From Lama glama (taxonomy: Eukaryota): a DNA stretch of 64,000 nucleotides. Made by a program: the position numbers and the translations under genes. Positions 26,111-39,700 of this stretch are shown one piece after another. The notes under the pieces are model-generated. The model worked only from the letters and a program-made list of their open reading frames with translations, was not told the origin of the DNA and did not search any database. Where the stretch lies: assembly GCA_028534125.1 (NCBI GenBank), contig CM052816.1, positions 70,806,001-70,870,000 on the forward strand, written 5' to 3'. The stretch's first letter is position 1; every line of letters begins with the position of its first letter.

Positions 26111-29100
26111 TGACTCTTTATTGTAAGAGAATGTGTCTCCTGATGTTCTCCAGTGAGCAGTGAACCATCAAAGTCAGGGACTGTATCTCAGATTCCTAGC
26201 TCAAAGCTTAGTACATAGTAGTTGCACAATGAATGTTAAATGATAAAATATACAATAACTTAAGTACCAATTAAGACAAACATCAAGAAAATAAAGATGG
26301 GCAGTAAGAGCAAGAGAAGAAATTATTTCTTATTCAACTTAGGGAATGACTTCAATTTAGCCCTATATGTCCTTCCTATCTTCCACCCATGAAACAGTGC
26401 CAACACCATTCAGTCAGAACTAAAACCCGAATTTGTCTTTTCAGGAGGATTGTTAACACTTACTAATTTACATGGAAAATTTCTCCAGTATTGTGAATAT
26501 TTTATACTATTTGTTGATACACTATTTTGATTTTTAGAGACTTTCTAAAATTCACATTGTCTTTAGAAAAAAAGATTCTGTTAAGTTTGTAGAAACCTTT
26601 TATATAAAAGTGTGCTTTTAAAATTTTCCTCTTATTCTGTTCCTTGATCATTTTGGTAAAGGAAACATTTAAAAAATATTCAGTGTTTGTAAAGATTTGC
26701 TTTCCACAAGTACACTTATGTACTAATATTAATATAATACTTTTCCTAAACTCCCTGTGAGTTAAAAGATCTCCGTAAAGTGGGAACAGACTTTGAATAT
26801 GGCTTTTTGAAGAGAGTATACCATTTTTCCTTTTATGGAGAAAGTGTTCCTGAGAATTTCCAGATTAGAGTCTAAATGTGAAAGTAAAGAGGTCAGCTCA
26901 TTTTACCAAGTCTCATTGTGTCCTGCAGGATTTTATTTTCTTAAGACCTTCAATTCTTTTCATTTTCACTTGAAATTGTCTCTGATTATTATTTAAATAA
27001 ATGTAAACATCAGCTTTTACTAAAGCTAATTGTGGAATTGAATCCTCCCCACATGGGGAATTTTTAATGTTTGCAGAGGCATTTTGTCAGCAGTTTTTGT
27101 GCTATTTAAAAGATCAGTGTCTAATGGGATTAAGGTGGATAATCAAATAACAAACTGAGATCTGGGTACATGGTTTGATGCCTGTGGAGTCCTTCCTTGA
27201 TGAATATAAACGAAAAATGTCTCATGGTTAGGGGTAGAAGTCACCATGCCACTGTGGATGGCATTTCTGCTAAGTCAGCACCTTGGCATGAAATTGAGAC
27301 CCAGACCCAGGGGTGGACTGATAAGAGAAGAAGAAACCTGACAGGATTTCATACTAGTGCAGTGGAAAATGTCATATGATCTTTTGAGCAACAAAAGAAT
27401 ATTGAAGAAACATTTGATATTGGGAGTATTGAAGAAAACCAACTAATGTAGACAATCATGGCTAAAATCAGTTTTTAGTTTCTTAATAGTCTGTATCCTG
27501 GACCAACTCTTTGACCAACAATTTGCATAGCCTCTCCTTTAAAGCCTGCTTATTATTCCTTAGAATGGAACAAAAATAGGTGTTGCCTCTGTTTATAGTT
27601 TCATGATCTGTTTTACCCAAGAATTCCTTCTTAGTGTTTATATTTTCTCTAACAATGGTCATTGGGGTATTCACAATTTCTTCATTTTAATAAAAGTATA
27701 ATTTAGCTTTAAACAATTTAAATTATGGGAAGTAAAACACTCACCTATTATCACCTGTCATGGTATAAATAAATATATTGATATAATCATATTTATGTAT
27801 ATTTATTTATTATATATTATCATATTTATGTATATATAATCATGTATATGTATATATAAGTAATAATTATATGAATAGTGGCAGAATGAATTTATAAATG
27901 TATTTTTTCAATGAACTTTATTTCAAGCTTATATTTTCATGTCTTAATTTTTAAGGAAGTCCAACATATTCCATCTAGGAAACTGTTTACTAATTTAATC
28001 ATAACTTTATTACTAGCCATTTGGTTTTATCCTTCCCTGATACGTCTTGTTTTTACCCTCACAGTTCTAAAGACATGATTTTTCTTTGGTTTTATCTTAT
28101 AGAAATTGTTTTAGGCAACATGGTGGCAGAGACAAAGATTTTCTCACAAGTGTTCTACCTCCTTGGAAACTGCTCTCATTCCCCTCAGGTCTCTTCCTCC
28201 TCCTCCTCACCTATAGGATCACTAACCACAAGTTCTTCAGTCTCCCTGGTTAAAAAGAAGCATACGGTAAATCACTCATGTTTTAAGAAGATTAATCTAA
28301 TGTGTAAACTGTATAGGAAAGTGTAAGGAATGGTTTTCTCGTGAATTCTGTATGTTGTGCTGTCATGTTGGTTGAACTGTTCAAGAACAGCTGACTTTCC
28401 AAATGCCCAGAAAAATAATTCTATTCAGGAAACCTCACTCTTTCTCTTTGTCTGGTCAGAGCCCTGGTTCCTATAATCTTTTCATAGAATGTACAAAACT
28501 TGACCTTAAAATTGAGCTGAAACCAATTTGTGACTGTTTGGCTCTTCTTGTAAGTTCTCTGTATCCTCATTGCACATCTTTTACATGTCACAACCAGATT
28601 CTAGCTCATCTGTGTGTAATATGTGAGTTATACATGTGAAATATGATATGGAAGGTTATCTTTCTAGGATATAAAATCTATATGTAGTAAATAAAGCTTG
28701 ATGTATTTATTTCATGTTCGGTACTAAGCATTCATAGATGGTGCAATTTATTGAGAACTAGAGTATAATGTTTTATAAAGCATTTTAATGGTTTAGATGA
28801 TGATGAATTTAGTATAAAATTTGCTGCGGGAATGTGTATAGTCTTGACCAGTCCAGATACATTTTTGTTGACTATAGTGTTGATTCATGATAAATCTTCA
28901 TGTATTTTGAGTCTTTAAATGAATCCCTCTTAAGGGAAAAAAAAGAAAAATTGAATCTCTTTTTGGTATAACATAGTGCTCAAATCCCTAATGTCTCTGT
29001 TTAATGTTTGCTTTCAAAGCAATTAATTGGATACAAATTATTTCTTAATTAAAATATTGTGAAATAATTTATAAATACTTACATTTTTTCTGGGCATATA

Positions 29101-29699
29101 GGTTGGCTTTATTTTTGAAAATATCTATTATGATTATATTTTACAAATATAAATATTTCTAGTGGGTTTTTTTGCAGAAGAAACTTTACAAAATAAGTAT
29201 GTTTGATTTATTATATTTGAGTTAAAGTAAATGTAGAGCTAAAGAGATTTTGCAGAATTAATTGTGTTTATTTAAGGGCTCTGCATACTCTTTCGCTCAC
29301 TCTCTGTCTTTTGCTGCCTCCTCCACGCCCCCACCTTTCTGTACTTGTGTATCATCTTTCCTCTCATTTTCTGGCTGATGGTCTAGTGAGACCAGGTATA
29401 TCGCAAACTGAGCATCAGGGTGTGAAAAGATTAGGAAAAGAGCAGGAAGAGCAAACATAAGTTATGCTTTGGGCCTGCATTTTCAGGAAACCTTCATTAG
29501 TAATATAAAGATTGATAATTTAACCTAAGGTACAATTTACAAAACTTTCATCCAGGATGTGGCCATGGCACCAATGTAAAATTGTGTAAGTATTAAAGAG
29601 AACAGATACAGATTTAGATCTATTTTTCTCACTTTCTTATCCATATAAAATTCTATGGTAACAGATGCTAAAAGACTGGAACAAAGAAAGAAAGAAGGA

Positions 29700-30212
29700 A
29701 TATGATGGATTTGAGGGATTAAATATTGTTGCAAATTCTTTGTCACCACACCCACTGGTAGGTGAGTCCAGATACTGCTCCTCTTGAATCTAACTTGGGC
29801 CTCTGACTACTTTGGTGAATAAAGTATGGCAGGGGTGATATTGTACTGGTTCTGATACTAGAATTTAAAAAGAAAGATGGTTTTAATTTTCTGTTTCTTG
29901 AAATCTAGCTGCCATGCTGAGAGGAAGCCCAATTAGCAACAAGTAGTGGGGGCCATAAGTTGTAAAATCGAGGCCCTTTGCTCACAGCTCTGAGCTCCCA
30001 GCCTACAGACAGAATCAACTTTCCAAGCATGTGAGTGAGCCATCATGGAAGTGCACCAGGTGAGTGGCCCCAGCTGACGCCACATGCAGCCAAAACGAGC
30101 TGTCCTTATCAAGCCCTGTTCATGTTACAAAATTATGAACAAATAAATGATCATGTTATTTCAGCTGCTAAGGTTTTGGGTGTCTTGTTACACAACAACA
30201 GATAACTGAAAC
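29700..30212 (+). mobile_element. ERVL-MaLR solo LTR (MLT1H-like)
   Basis: caaattctttg..cctcttgaatct..gctgccatgctgagaggaagccc..catgtgagtgagccatc..caaaattatgaacaaataaatga..ttgttacacaacaacagataactgaaac. Confidence 0.85.
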
Positions 30213-30239
30213 CATGGGAGATGATACTGTAGAGGGAGG

Positions 30240-30550
30240 TAATACAGGCCTTTTAAAGCCACATTAGGAATTTCTGTTTTGGTCCAAATGGCAAAAGGAA
30301 GCCTTGACAGTGTCAAAGGATTGATTTGCATTTTCAAAAGGTGATTGTCACTGCACTGTGATGAATGGATTGTAAACATCTTGGTGGAAGAATATGATTG
30401 GATCTACAGAGATCAGTTATGATGCTATCTTAGTTGTTTAGGTGCAAGACTATATAAGTTTGAGTGCAGACAGTGGAGATGGTTGAAATAGGACAAAGTA
30501 GATGAGTTTAGCAAGTATATCAGTGGTGATGAAACTAAAGGGACTTGATT
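30240..30550 (-). mobile_element. L2 fragment
   Basis: aggccttttaaagccacattaggaattt..gatttgcattttcaaaaggtgatt..agatcagttatgatgctat. Confidence 0.6.
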
Positions 30551-31349
30551 TTGTAGTGTTGATAATGCAATGATACTTTGTTGCTATTTTAGTCATCGTG
30601 TACTCTTTAGTTGGGTCTGAGTTCCCCAGTTGTTTCTCTGAGATTAAGCTGAGGTTAACTCTTGGTGGAGAGTCAGGGTGAAACAGAGTGGATTCTCATT
30701 GCCTGTAACAAAATTTAAACCAATACAGAGTGCATCATATCTCAGTTCAAATCTGACTTTCCTGTGGAGGGTAAGAGGAGAAGGACGGAGGAGGAAACAT
30801 GAATTATTTTGACAGAGAGAAGCCATTACTCTGTGTGTATGAATGATGCTTGTAATCAAAACTTATATGAATATATAGGATTCATGTTTTGACAATTAGA
30901 TAAGAAGTTTCCCAGTAATCTAAATATGAGTGTATGAATATGAAGATGAAGGACATTCTGAGTAAACTCAGAAATAGTACATAATTAACAACTGTCATTC
31001 CAGATGTTTATTGGAACTTTTAGGTCATTTATTTGAGAAATCCATGCACTCATTCAACAAATATTTGTTGAATTTTCTACTATGTGCAAGGAACTGTGCT
31101 GATCGAGTGTGTATGTGTCTTTTGGTACGGTGTGACATCCTGAATAAGATGATTCTTCATGACTTTCATGAGCTTACAATCTGGTGAAGCAGATACAATA
31201 CTTGATTTTAAAAATTTAAATAGCAAGCCTGTACAAGCAAGATATATAAAAAATTCAGTTCAAATAAAATTCTAATATAACTTGTATTTATCTGGAGTAT
31301 GAATTTTCTATTTAAAAAAGTTTCAAACATTATTGTTAGTAAACACCTT

Positions 31350-31685
31350 ATTTTTATTTACTTATAATTAAACATATAATATTATATTAGTTTCAGGTGT
31401 ATAAATAGTGATTCAGTGTTTTTATACATTATGAAATGATCATTGAAATAACACGTTACCATCCATCACCCTACAAATCTATTACAGCATTATTGACTAT
31501 ATTCCCTATATGTATGTTACGTCCCCTTGACTTAATCAATTTATGGCTGGAAGTTTGTGCCTCCCAATCCCCCTTCACCTATTTTGTTCATCCCCTCACT
31601 CCTCTCACCTCTAGCAACTACCAGTTTGTTCTCTGTATCAGTGAATCTGTTTCTGTTTTGTTTTGTTTGTTTGCTTTCTTTTAAA
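31350..31685 (-). mobile_element. 5'-truncated laurasiatherian L1 3'UTR
   Basis: atattatattagtttcaggtgta..attattgactatattccctat..ggaagtttgtgcctc..ctctagcaactaccagtttgttctctgtatc. Confidence 0.8.
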
Positions 31686-33600
31686 ACTTCTACTAAATCA
31701 GCATCTTCAATATTTTAGAGTAAGTCCTGAAAAATGATACTTGCTCTCAACCTCGTTAATCTCTTGCTTAATGGAAAGAGCCATGGGCCAAAACACTGGA
31801 TTCTAGATCACTTGCCTCCATCACTCACTGATTTTGAAACATTAGGCAAATCATAATCTCCCTGTGCCTCTGTTTTTTGTTTATTTCTTTAATCTTATAA
31901 ATACCTGGTTTAGTTTCAATCAAGATTATACAGTAGATTAAAGAAGATGACAGTAAGTGTGTGCTTTCAAAGGTGAAGCTCTGAGCAATTATTTTTTTTA
32001 AATTACTTGTATTTAAAAAATATATGTCATATATAAAATATCTTTAACATGATATGTATGCATATGTATTTTCTCAGGTTACAGTGGGTAGAACCAGATG
32101 TGAGTGAGTTTAACTTGTATGAATAATGAGACAATGGCTTACTTAACAACCCTGCTTTGTATTGGGGTTAAAGTTTAGAACAGAATAAAAGAATCATGCT
32201 TGGAATACATTGAATAGGTAAAGTTTGAGAAGATTAGCAGAACTCTGAGTCTCTTAGCCTTCTTATCAGTGCTATTGATAAAAACAAAATTAATCTTTTT
32301 GTCCCTGTGCTTCATTGCTATAAAAAAGTGCAAGAATTTCTGGCTATTTGATTAACTTGGTAGATTTACAATACCAAAGAAATTAAGGATCTAGCTGTCT
32401 AGTTTAGGACATTGTAAGCCAGCAGCCAATCCCCAAAAACATCTGCAGTTTGGACGTGTGTGAAGTAGAATTAGCTGCTGCAGAAGGCAGAAACTTTCTT
32501 TTGTCGTGATCCTCTGTGAAGCATTCTGGCTGAACTGCACCGTGGATTAGCTAAGGGAAATGCTTCCTTTCCTCTTTCCTTTTTAGCACGCAACTGCCAC
32601 AGTGTGCTATGGTTGCCTGGCCCCTTCGCAGTATTTGGGGATTTCTAGGTACCATGTTGAAATTTTTATCTTCATCTTCTACATTATGATTAAACAGTGG
32701 GACAATAACTATTTTTTCATTTCACTTTACTGCTATTATGTCATGTTGATTGTTTTGTTAGGAGTAACTTGTCGCTCAGAATACCAAAGTTGACCTCTTG
32801 TCCTTCTTTTCCATATGTATTTCACTCCGGGTCTTTGAATAAGAACTTACAAAGGCTATCACCTAATCACAATATGATGGGAAAAACAGAATATATGACA
32901 CCAATTTTTTTTTTTTTTTTGCATTCAGTACATTTTCGCATGAGCAGCGTGCATTTTCACCTTTGCTCAAAGCCTAACAGGTCCACCTGGGCTTTCCCGT
33001 AGCTGCTAAAAGCAATGTGAATTGTTACTTTATATCATACACCTATAATACCTAAATAGGCTATTAAAGGATGGGAACCATTCCCTTTTCTTCCCCTAAC
33101 ATACTTTTTTGAGTAAGAGTTTCATGGTTTGCTAAAGTTCTTAACAAATGAGGTTGGCAACACTTGCTACTTGGTCTGTCTAAAGTTTTCTTGGGACAAC
33201 TGAAAACTTACATAATTTTAGGGAAAAAAATGACAGAAGCTAAATAAGAGGTATTTATTAAGACTGGGGACATGGAGTTATATGTTTTCCTGCATCATTT
33301 GATAACATCATTAGTACCTGAAATGGAAAAAGGAGTAAAATTCTTTGAAGATCTTACGTTGGTTGAGAAGGAGCAAGACATATTAATGTCTTAAAATTTT
33401 ACTTTTCTTACTGCTAATCAAGGCTAAAACATTCATGTTTACTGCTCAAAAACTCTGCTGAAACAGCTGGACAATTTCCATCTGATGACAGAGCAGCTAT
33501 TACTTGGAAATAGTTTCAGGGCATTTGGGCATTTTAATAATATTAAACCAAACATTTATTTCAGCTGCAAAGATGGAAACAAATTGTTATCATTTGGAAA

Positions 33601-33709
33601 TGTTTTCTCTTGAAATATTCTTTTTTTCCAACTATAAAAACACAAGTATTGGGTGTTTTCTATTGAAATATTGTTTTTTTTTTCCAACTATAAAAATACA
33701 AGCATTGGG
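33601..33709 (+). repeat. Two-copy tandem duplication (about 53-56 bp unit)
   Basis: TGTTTTCT(C/A)TTGAAATATT(C/G)TnCCAACTATAAAAA(C/T)ACAAG(T/C)ATTGGG occurs at 33601 and again at 33654. Confidence 0.9.
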
Positions 33710-35069
33710 TTTTCTTTCTGGTAAGATTTTATTAGAAAAGTACTTGTCAGTTTAGACCCCATATTATTATAAAACCTTGGCATGAAGATGTTGCTGGGAA
33801 TGTACCATAGAAGGATGTATTCTTTTTCAGCTGTCCTCATGATAAATAATACACATTTGAAAAATGACTCCTTAAATTTGTAAATTTAGCTTGTGATTTC
33901 AGAGTTTTGATTCTAAGTTGATTGGTCAATATGATAATCAAATGGGTAGCCTTATTTTGATTATCTGATCGACCTAACCATTGTAGATAATACAAATAGC
34001 AAGTTCTGTGTATGTGTTTTTAAAGTCAATATTTCAAATGCAAAATCAGGTCACAGGCAGCGAAGTGAATTGCCTAACAGAGCGTGGAATAAGACTTGAA
34101 ATTCCTATCCCTGAGCTAGTCATTGTAATAGAATCCCAGTTTGTTTTCAATTTCTTGTTTCGGAACTAGCTTGACTTTTCATTTTCCTCTCACCATTTAC
34201 GCTGAACAGATTTTCAGTTTACCACCCCTTTTTAAATCTCCAAAGTCCTAAATTTTTATGCTATTTTATGTGTATTTCTTACTGAACAAATCAATTCAAG
34301 CAACCTCTTATTAACAATGTGTATTTTTAGAGTTTCTAGATCTGATGTGTTTTAGACTTAGAGTTAAAATTGTTCAGAATGTAAACAAGCATTTTCTCGA
34401 TTTGATTTTTAAAATATCTTATAAGAAGTATCCATTCATGCAATTTTGTTGCTAAAATATTGATTATTTTTTCACTTGTAAGACTTACATTATCTAGTCA
34501 ACTGACATGGGTCACTGGGAAATCAGTATATTAGAACATTTGGCTATTATTGATCTGAAAAAATTTTAGAATAGCATTTAAGAGGTCATTGTCTTCATAT
34601 CCTATTACCAATTCCAAATGTCCATTTCTCTTTATCTGTGTCCTTGGGTTTCATTATAGAGAAGGACTTTAACTGATGATAATTTGTTCTCTTCCCTTAT
34701 CTGATTAAAAAATCAATTCTGATGCACTGTTTCATGCACGCCTGCATGTGTACACATAGATAAGTTATGGTATATGCTTTGCCAAGCTCATGGAATGGAA
34801 GCGTTGTCTCCATTAGTTATTATTGCCACCTGAGTAATCTGCTAACACATAAATTTTCTATCGACAGAGAGTTAAAAATTCTCAACTCCTAAGCAGACTA
34901 AAAGAAAATCTAACTATATGAAGACATTTCTTTATAGTAACATGAAAAGGTAAATTATTAACCAGTTATTAATCAAAAGGCCCATTTCAACTTGAATTCT
35001 GCTCTTGTTAAGTGTATTTATTTCCGTAAAAATACGGTAGTAATTCAAGGGAGGATAACAGAATAGACA

Positions 35070-35202
35070 TTACATTTACCTGGAGAACCTGCAAAAATAC
35101 TTCTGCCTGGGCTCCATCCCAGTGAAATGGGATCAGAATCTCTGGGATGGGGTCCAGGTATGAGTAGTTTTTCACAGCTCCCCACTCTGAAAGCCATTGC
35201 CT
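35070..35202. mobile_element. MER5-like hAT-Charlie MITE
   Basis: cctgggctccatccc..atcagaatctctgggatggggtccagg, with internal palindromy. Confidence 0.75.
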
Positions 35203-35571
35203 TAGGTACTCTCCTTGAATTTTCCCTTGTTTAATTTCAGTCATGTTTTCTTGTTTAATCAGATGTGTTTCTTCTCTGCACTAGAATACACTGCTTGCAT
35301 GAAGCCAGCTTACTTTCAAACTTTAACCCCCCAAGCCCCTCAGACTGAGCATATAAATATTTAATATTAGAATGAATTTATTTGCCTACAGACTGTAGAG
35401 GTCTTGAGATTGGGAAATTCACTTAGTTCTCACACAAATAAACAAAGAAATAGCAAACAAACCCAAATAAAAAAACTTATGCAACAATTGGGGGCTCATA
35501 AAATATTTACTATCTGATTGGTTCCTTCAAATAAAGTTACATTTATTTTATTGAAATTATTTCTGATTTTT

Positions 35572-35682
35572 GGGGGTGACCAACCATCCTAGTTTGCTCA
35601 GGATAGAGGGTTTCTTAGGATGTGGGCTTCCATTTCTAAAACCGGAAAAGTCCTGAGCAAACTGTGTTAGCTGCTCACTGTA
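35572..35682 (-). mobile_element. MER81-like hAT-Blackjack MITE
   Basis: gggtgaccaaccatcctagtttgc..ctaaaaccggaaaagtcctgagcaaactg..gctcactgta matches the recalled MER81 reverse consensus, with TIR remnants at both ends. Confidence 0.75.
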
Positions 35683-36559
35683 CTTCCATTTCCTTAATTT
35701 AAATGTATGATCCCAGCTCTCTGTGTAAATGGATACCTAATTGACAGGCTTCCTATTAATCCAAGTAAATTTGAAAAAAAAAATCCCCAAAATGGCAAAA
35801 TTGGTCTTCTAGATAGAAAAAGAACATTTTAGGATTAAACATTTAGGAAAAGTAGAGTGAGAAGACTGAGCTGAATGATATCTGATCTTTCTCTCAGTTG
35901 AAACATCTTGTTATTAATTAGAGGGAAATGCTACCTTATGCATCACCTGAGACTTGAGAACACTATTTAGAATTTAACAGTCTTGCCCGACTATCCTCCC
36001 AGATAAATTTAATTTAATTGATTAATTTAATTTAATTCAAGAAATACTGGGCACCAGTGGGGATACAGAAGCCATTCATATACAAGAACTCTTTTTTGGC
36101 CTCAAGGAATTTATAATCCGGTTGAAAAAGGCCATCCATGATAGGGAGGAAATTGGAGGGACCCCTGGACTGTTCTCTTAGCAGGTGTAAATGGTTCAAG
36201 TTTACTATGAGGTTGCTCTTTATGTGGGTACTTCCATTCTCCAAACAAATCCCCATTCTTACCTGTTTCTGTACCTGGTTTTTAAGGGGACTAGACAGGC
36301 TGCTTTGGCAACCACCTGAAATCACTTTGCTGACAAGGGTTTTGCTGTTCTCACAGCAAGGAAACCTTGCCAGGTGACCTGTAGGTGTGCTTTGATGATA
36401 TTTATTCTTCTGTTATTTGACCTTTTCCAGTGTTTGATGGAGGCTGTGCCAAAAAAAAAAAAAAAGGAGGAGGCATATTTTGGCAAAATGGCAAGGGAAG
36501 AATTGGGAAAGGGGTACAGACTTTCTATTTTGAATTGTAAACTTCAACATTTTCAGACT

Positions 36560-36765
36560 AGAGGAATTTCAAATATGACTCCTCTCCTTGCCAGGTGTAA
36601 AAAATGCCATGTGCTGTTGAACTCCCTAAACCTGTTTCTCATTTGTCAAATTACAATGGTTATTCTAACTCTTTCATGTGCTCGTTGGGAAGATTAAATG
36701 CGATAATGCATGGAAAGGATTTAACACGATTCCCGGCACATAGTTAATACTCAAGAAGTATGTTT
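36560..36765 (+). mobile_element. MIR SINE
   Basis: ctgtttctcatttgtcaaat..gggaagattaaatgcgataatgcatggaaagg..ggcacatagttaatactcaa. Confidence 0.75.
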
Positions 36766-39700
36766 ATTTGTGTCATTGCAGCTGTAATTCCTCCGTGCCT
36801 CCCTTTAGGGCTGCCTAAAGATGACCAAATTTTGTGTGCTTAATAGATGTAAAATCATTTAGAAATGACTTAGGATTTTCTTTATCTCCACAATATCTTT
36901 AGAAATTGGAGGCAAGAGAAACTGCACTAGTAAAATGATATTAAGTAGAAGAATGTGAAAAGCACATTGGACCAAATTATCCACATCAGAAAACACTTAA
37001 ATCTGGGAAACAATGAGGCTGTGAGTAGCACTGGACTATTTCTAATCAGAAAGCCCTTCCTCTACTTTTTGAAAATATATCAACAAAGTGATTTATCAAA
37101 GTGTATTTTCTAAGCTCCTTTTTTGGTATATGTTTATATTTATATGTGAATATATTTAAATCCTTGGAATTTAAATTTCATTTTTAATACCTTTGTAAAT
37201 ACACTTGGCGACAGCAGCAGCATGTGTGTAAAAGCAATAGAAGGCAGCTTGGTACTTTCCGTAAAAAGGAAGAGAGAGGTGCATAAGAATACATGAACTG
37301 GCTGCTGTCCAAGAAGCAGGGATTGCTGAAGGGGTTAATGACAGCTAGTGAGGAGGTGCTGCTGTTCTGGGCCAGAGATTCTGCGGCTGCCTGCTGGAGC
37401 TATAAGCTTCATAGTTATATTTCTTTTCTGTTTTATCTATAGAACTTAATACTTATAGCCCACTCTGGATTAGCATCTCGGAATTTGCATTAACGATGCT
37501 TCAGTTGTCTTCTTTTTAAGATGATTTACATAAAAACCAGTACAAACATTACCTTTTAGATTTCTGGCTATCAGGTTTTAGCAGGGTGTTATTTTTGGTA
37601 GCAAAGGGCCTCTGACATTGCTTTGGAATTGCCTCCTTTTGTTGCATCAGCCTCAGGTCACTGGAGAAGAATAGAGGCTTTGAGGTTGACAAAGATGAGG
37701 AGGTGATTTGTGGGCCAGAGCATCAACAACCGGCACAGGTGCACGTGAGAGCAGCAGCCTCTCGCCCCACACTCTGCAGAGCCGCTTCTTTCCTTCTAGG
37801 AGCCCAGAATGTTCATCAAGCATGAAAAGCTTTCAGTCTGTTTCTGACATAGGAAAAAACGGCTTGTCCTAAAACAAGTGTTTCCCCTAAATGCCCAGTT
37901 CTCCCTCTAGAGTAAAGTGGATGGATAATTGGATTTCAATGAACATAGAGGTTGGAAAGGATGAAAACATTTTCATTGTGCTAATTTTCATTAATTTAGA
38001 ACTCTCAAGTAGGTAGTTTTTTGTTTAGGGATTTTTTGGGTTTGTTTGTTTTGTTTTTTAAGAAATGGAAATGTGGTTGCTTTGCTCTTTAAAATATAGC
38101 CCGATCAGAATTTTATCTACTGAGATCTGAATGAAATTGAAGTTTTGGAAAATCCTTAGCTTATGAAAACTCAAGTCTGTGTACCAGTTTTTGTTATTAA
38201 ATGAATATTTGCAGCCTCAAATAAAGCAAAAGAGCAGGTGGATTATCTCAGAATAGAGACAGTTCCTTTTACTTTTATGAACTAATATTGATAAGTGCTT
38301 TACTGTAAGAACTGAATCTCTGTTGAAGTGTTCTAGGGTCAGCTTCACTTTTACACAATACAGCTATTATAATTCATCAAGAGAGGATCTTCTAACTCAG
38401 TGTGGCCTAGATTTTTACACAGCTATGTGTATTTTGCTTATTTCTATATTTTTCAAAGTCTCTTACCTAATTAATCATGATGTTTTTCTTTATTTTATTT
38501 TATTTGACTGACTTGTTACCAGAGACCTTCAACAGAATCAAATGCCTGTACCTTCTCCCTGTCTATCAGGAGGGCGTGCTGAAATGTTCTCATCCTGAAC
38601 CACCTAAGTAAAAACCTCTTATTTTGGCATTTGGTTACACTTATTCTCTTTCACCTAAGTTCCGCATGATACTGCAGTATGCAGAGCATCTGTAAATTGC
38701 GAACGTGCACCATTAACACTACTCCTAGGTTTCTGCATCCTGAGTTTTGTCATAGACAAGAACAACTACATTAAATTCCCCTTCAAGGCTTGAGGAAGCA
38801 TCTGTAAACAGTAATTTACTCAGCCTCTAAAAGAATCAAGTGCAAATCAGAAGCAGGAGTGAGGAGGGGCTAGGAAAAAAAATGCTACAGAATTATTTGG
38901 AAAGACTAAAGGACATCTAGAAAACTACTGTTCAGTATCATCCCCACCTCTTTAAAGCTTGTTTACAAGTCAAAGTTTGCATTTCCACAAGATATGTATT
39001 GGTAAGAGTTTCAAACAGGAAAACTGTATGAATCATTTTCTTTGAGCAAAAGCTACTGATCATCAAGGTAATAAGTTTTACGCCACCAAGTTTTTCTTTC
39101 TCTTCCTCTAAGACTTAAGTACAAAGTCAGTCTTCAGTGATGTGCTCAGAATTATGCAGCTTTTCAGAATGACATTATTTCTTCCAAGGGGTCACCTCAT
39201 TTTAAGGATAACTGCAGACTTTACTTAGGTGTAATTTCATTCCTTCTTCTGCAAAGCTGCAGGTTAAGCTCAACATGACAGTGTGAGTGATGTGCTTGCT
39301 AAATTTGCACTAACATATGCAAATTTAGGGAGGAATTATTTATCAGAGAGTAATATGCTTAAGTTTTTTAATAAAGAAAAGTCTAATAAGCATAAAGGAG
39401 AGGGCTCTGTATGAAGCTGATGACAGATTGGAATCATTTGCTAAAGGAAATCACCTCATGTGGAAATTCTGCTGCCACAGAGAATATCATGCATGTAGAA
39501 CAACCTTCTTGACTTTGATAAAAGGGACACAGATACTGCAAAGTTCTAGTTGACCTTCACATTTCTGTATTGTGATTGAAGAGGAGGCATCCTCCCCCAA
39601 TGGGTAGGATCTGTGCCTTTCTGCTCTGCCTCCCTGATTCAGATTGAACATATTTATCGTTGGCCAAAGTCAGAAAGACTTTCTCGTGGGACCAGGGGGC

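Noticed and set aside
28365..28395. Resemblance to a miRNA arm (ttgaactgttcaagaac)
   Set aside because: No extended pre-miRNA hairpin and only partial similarity.
32078..32099. 22-nt microexon-like motif (ctcag|...|gtgagt)
   Set aside because: Not frame-preserving, short pyrimidine tract and a stop in the phase-1 frame; compatible with chance.
33601..33709. Possible CRISPR-like or other prokaryotic array
   Set aside because: Only two tandem copies, no spacers and an entirely mammalian repeat context.
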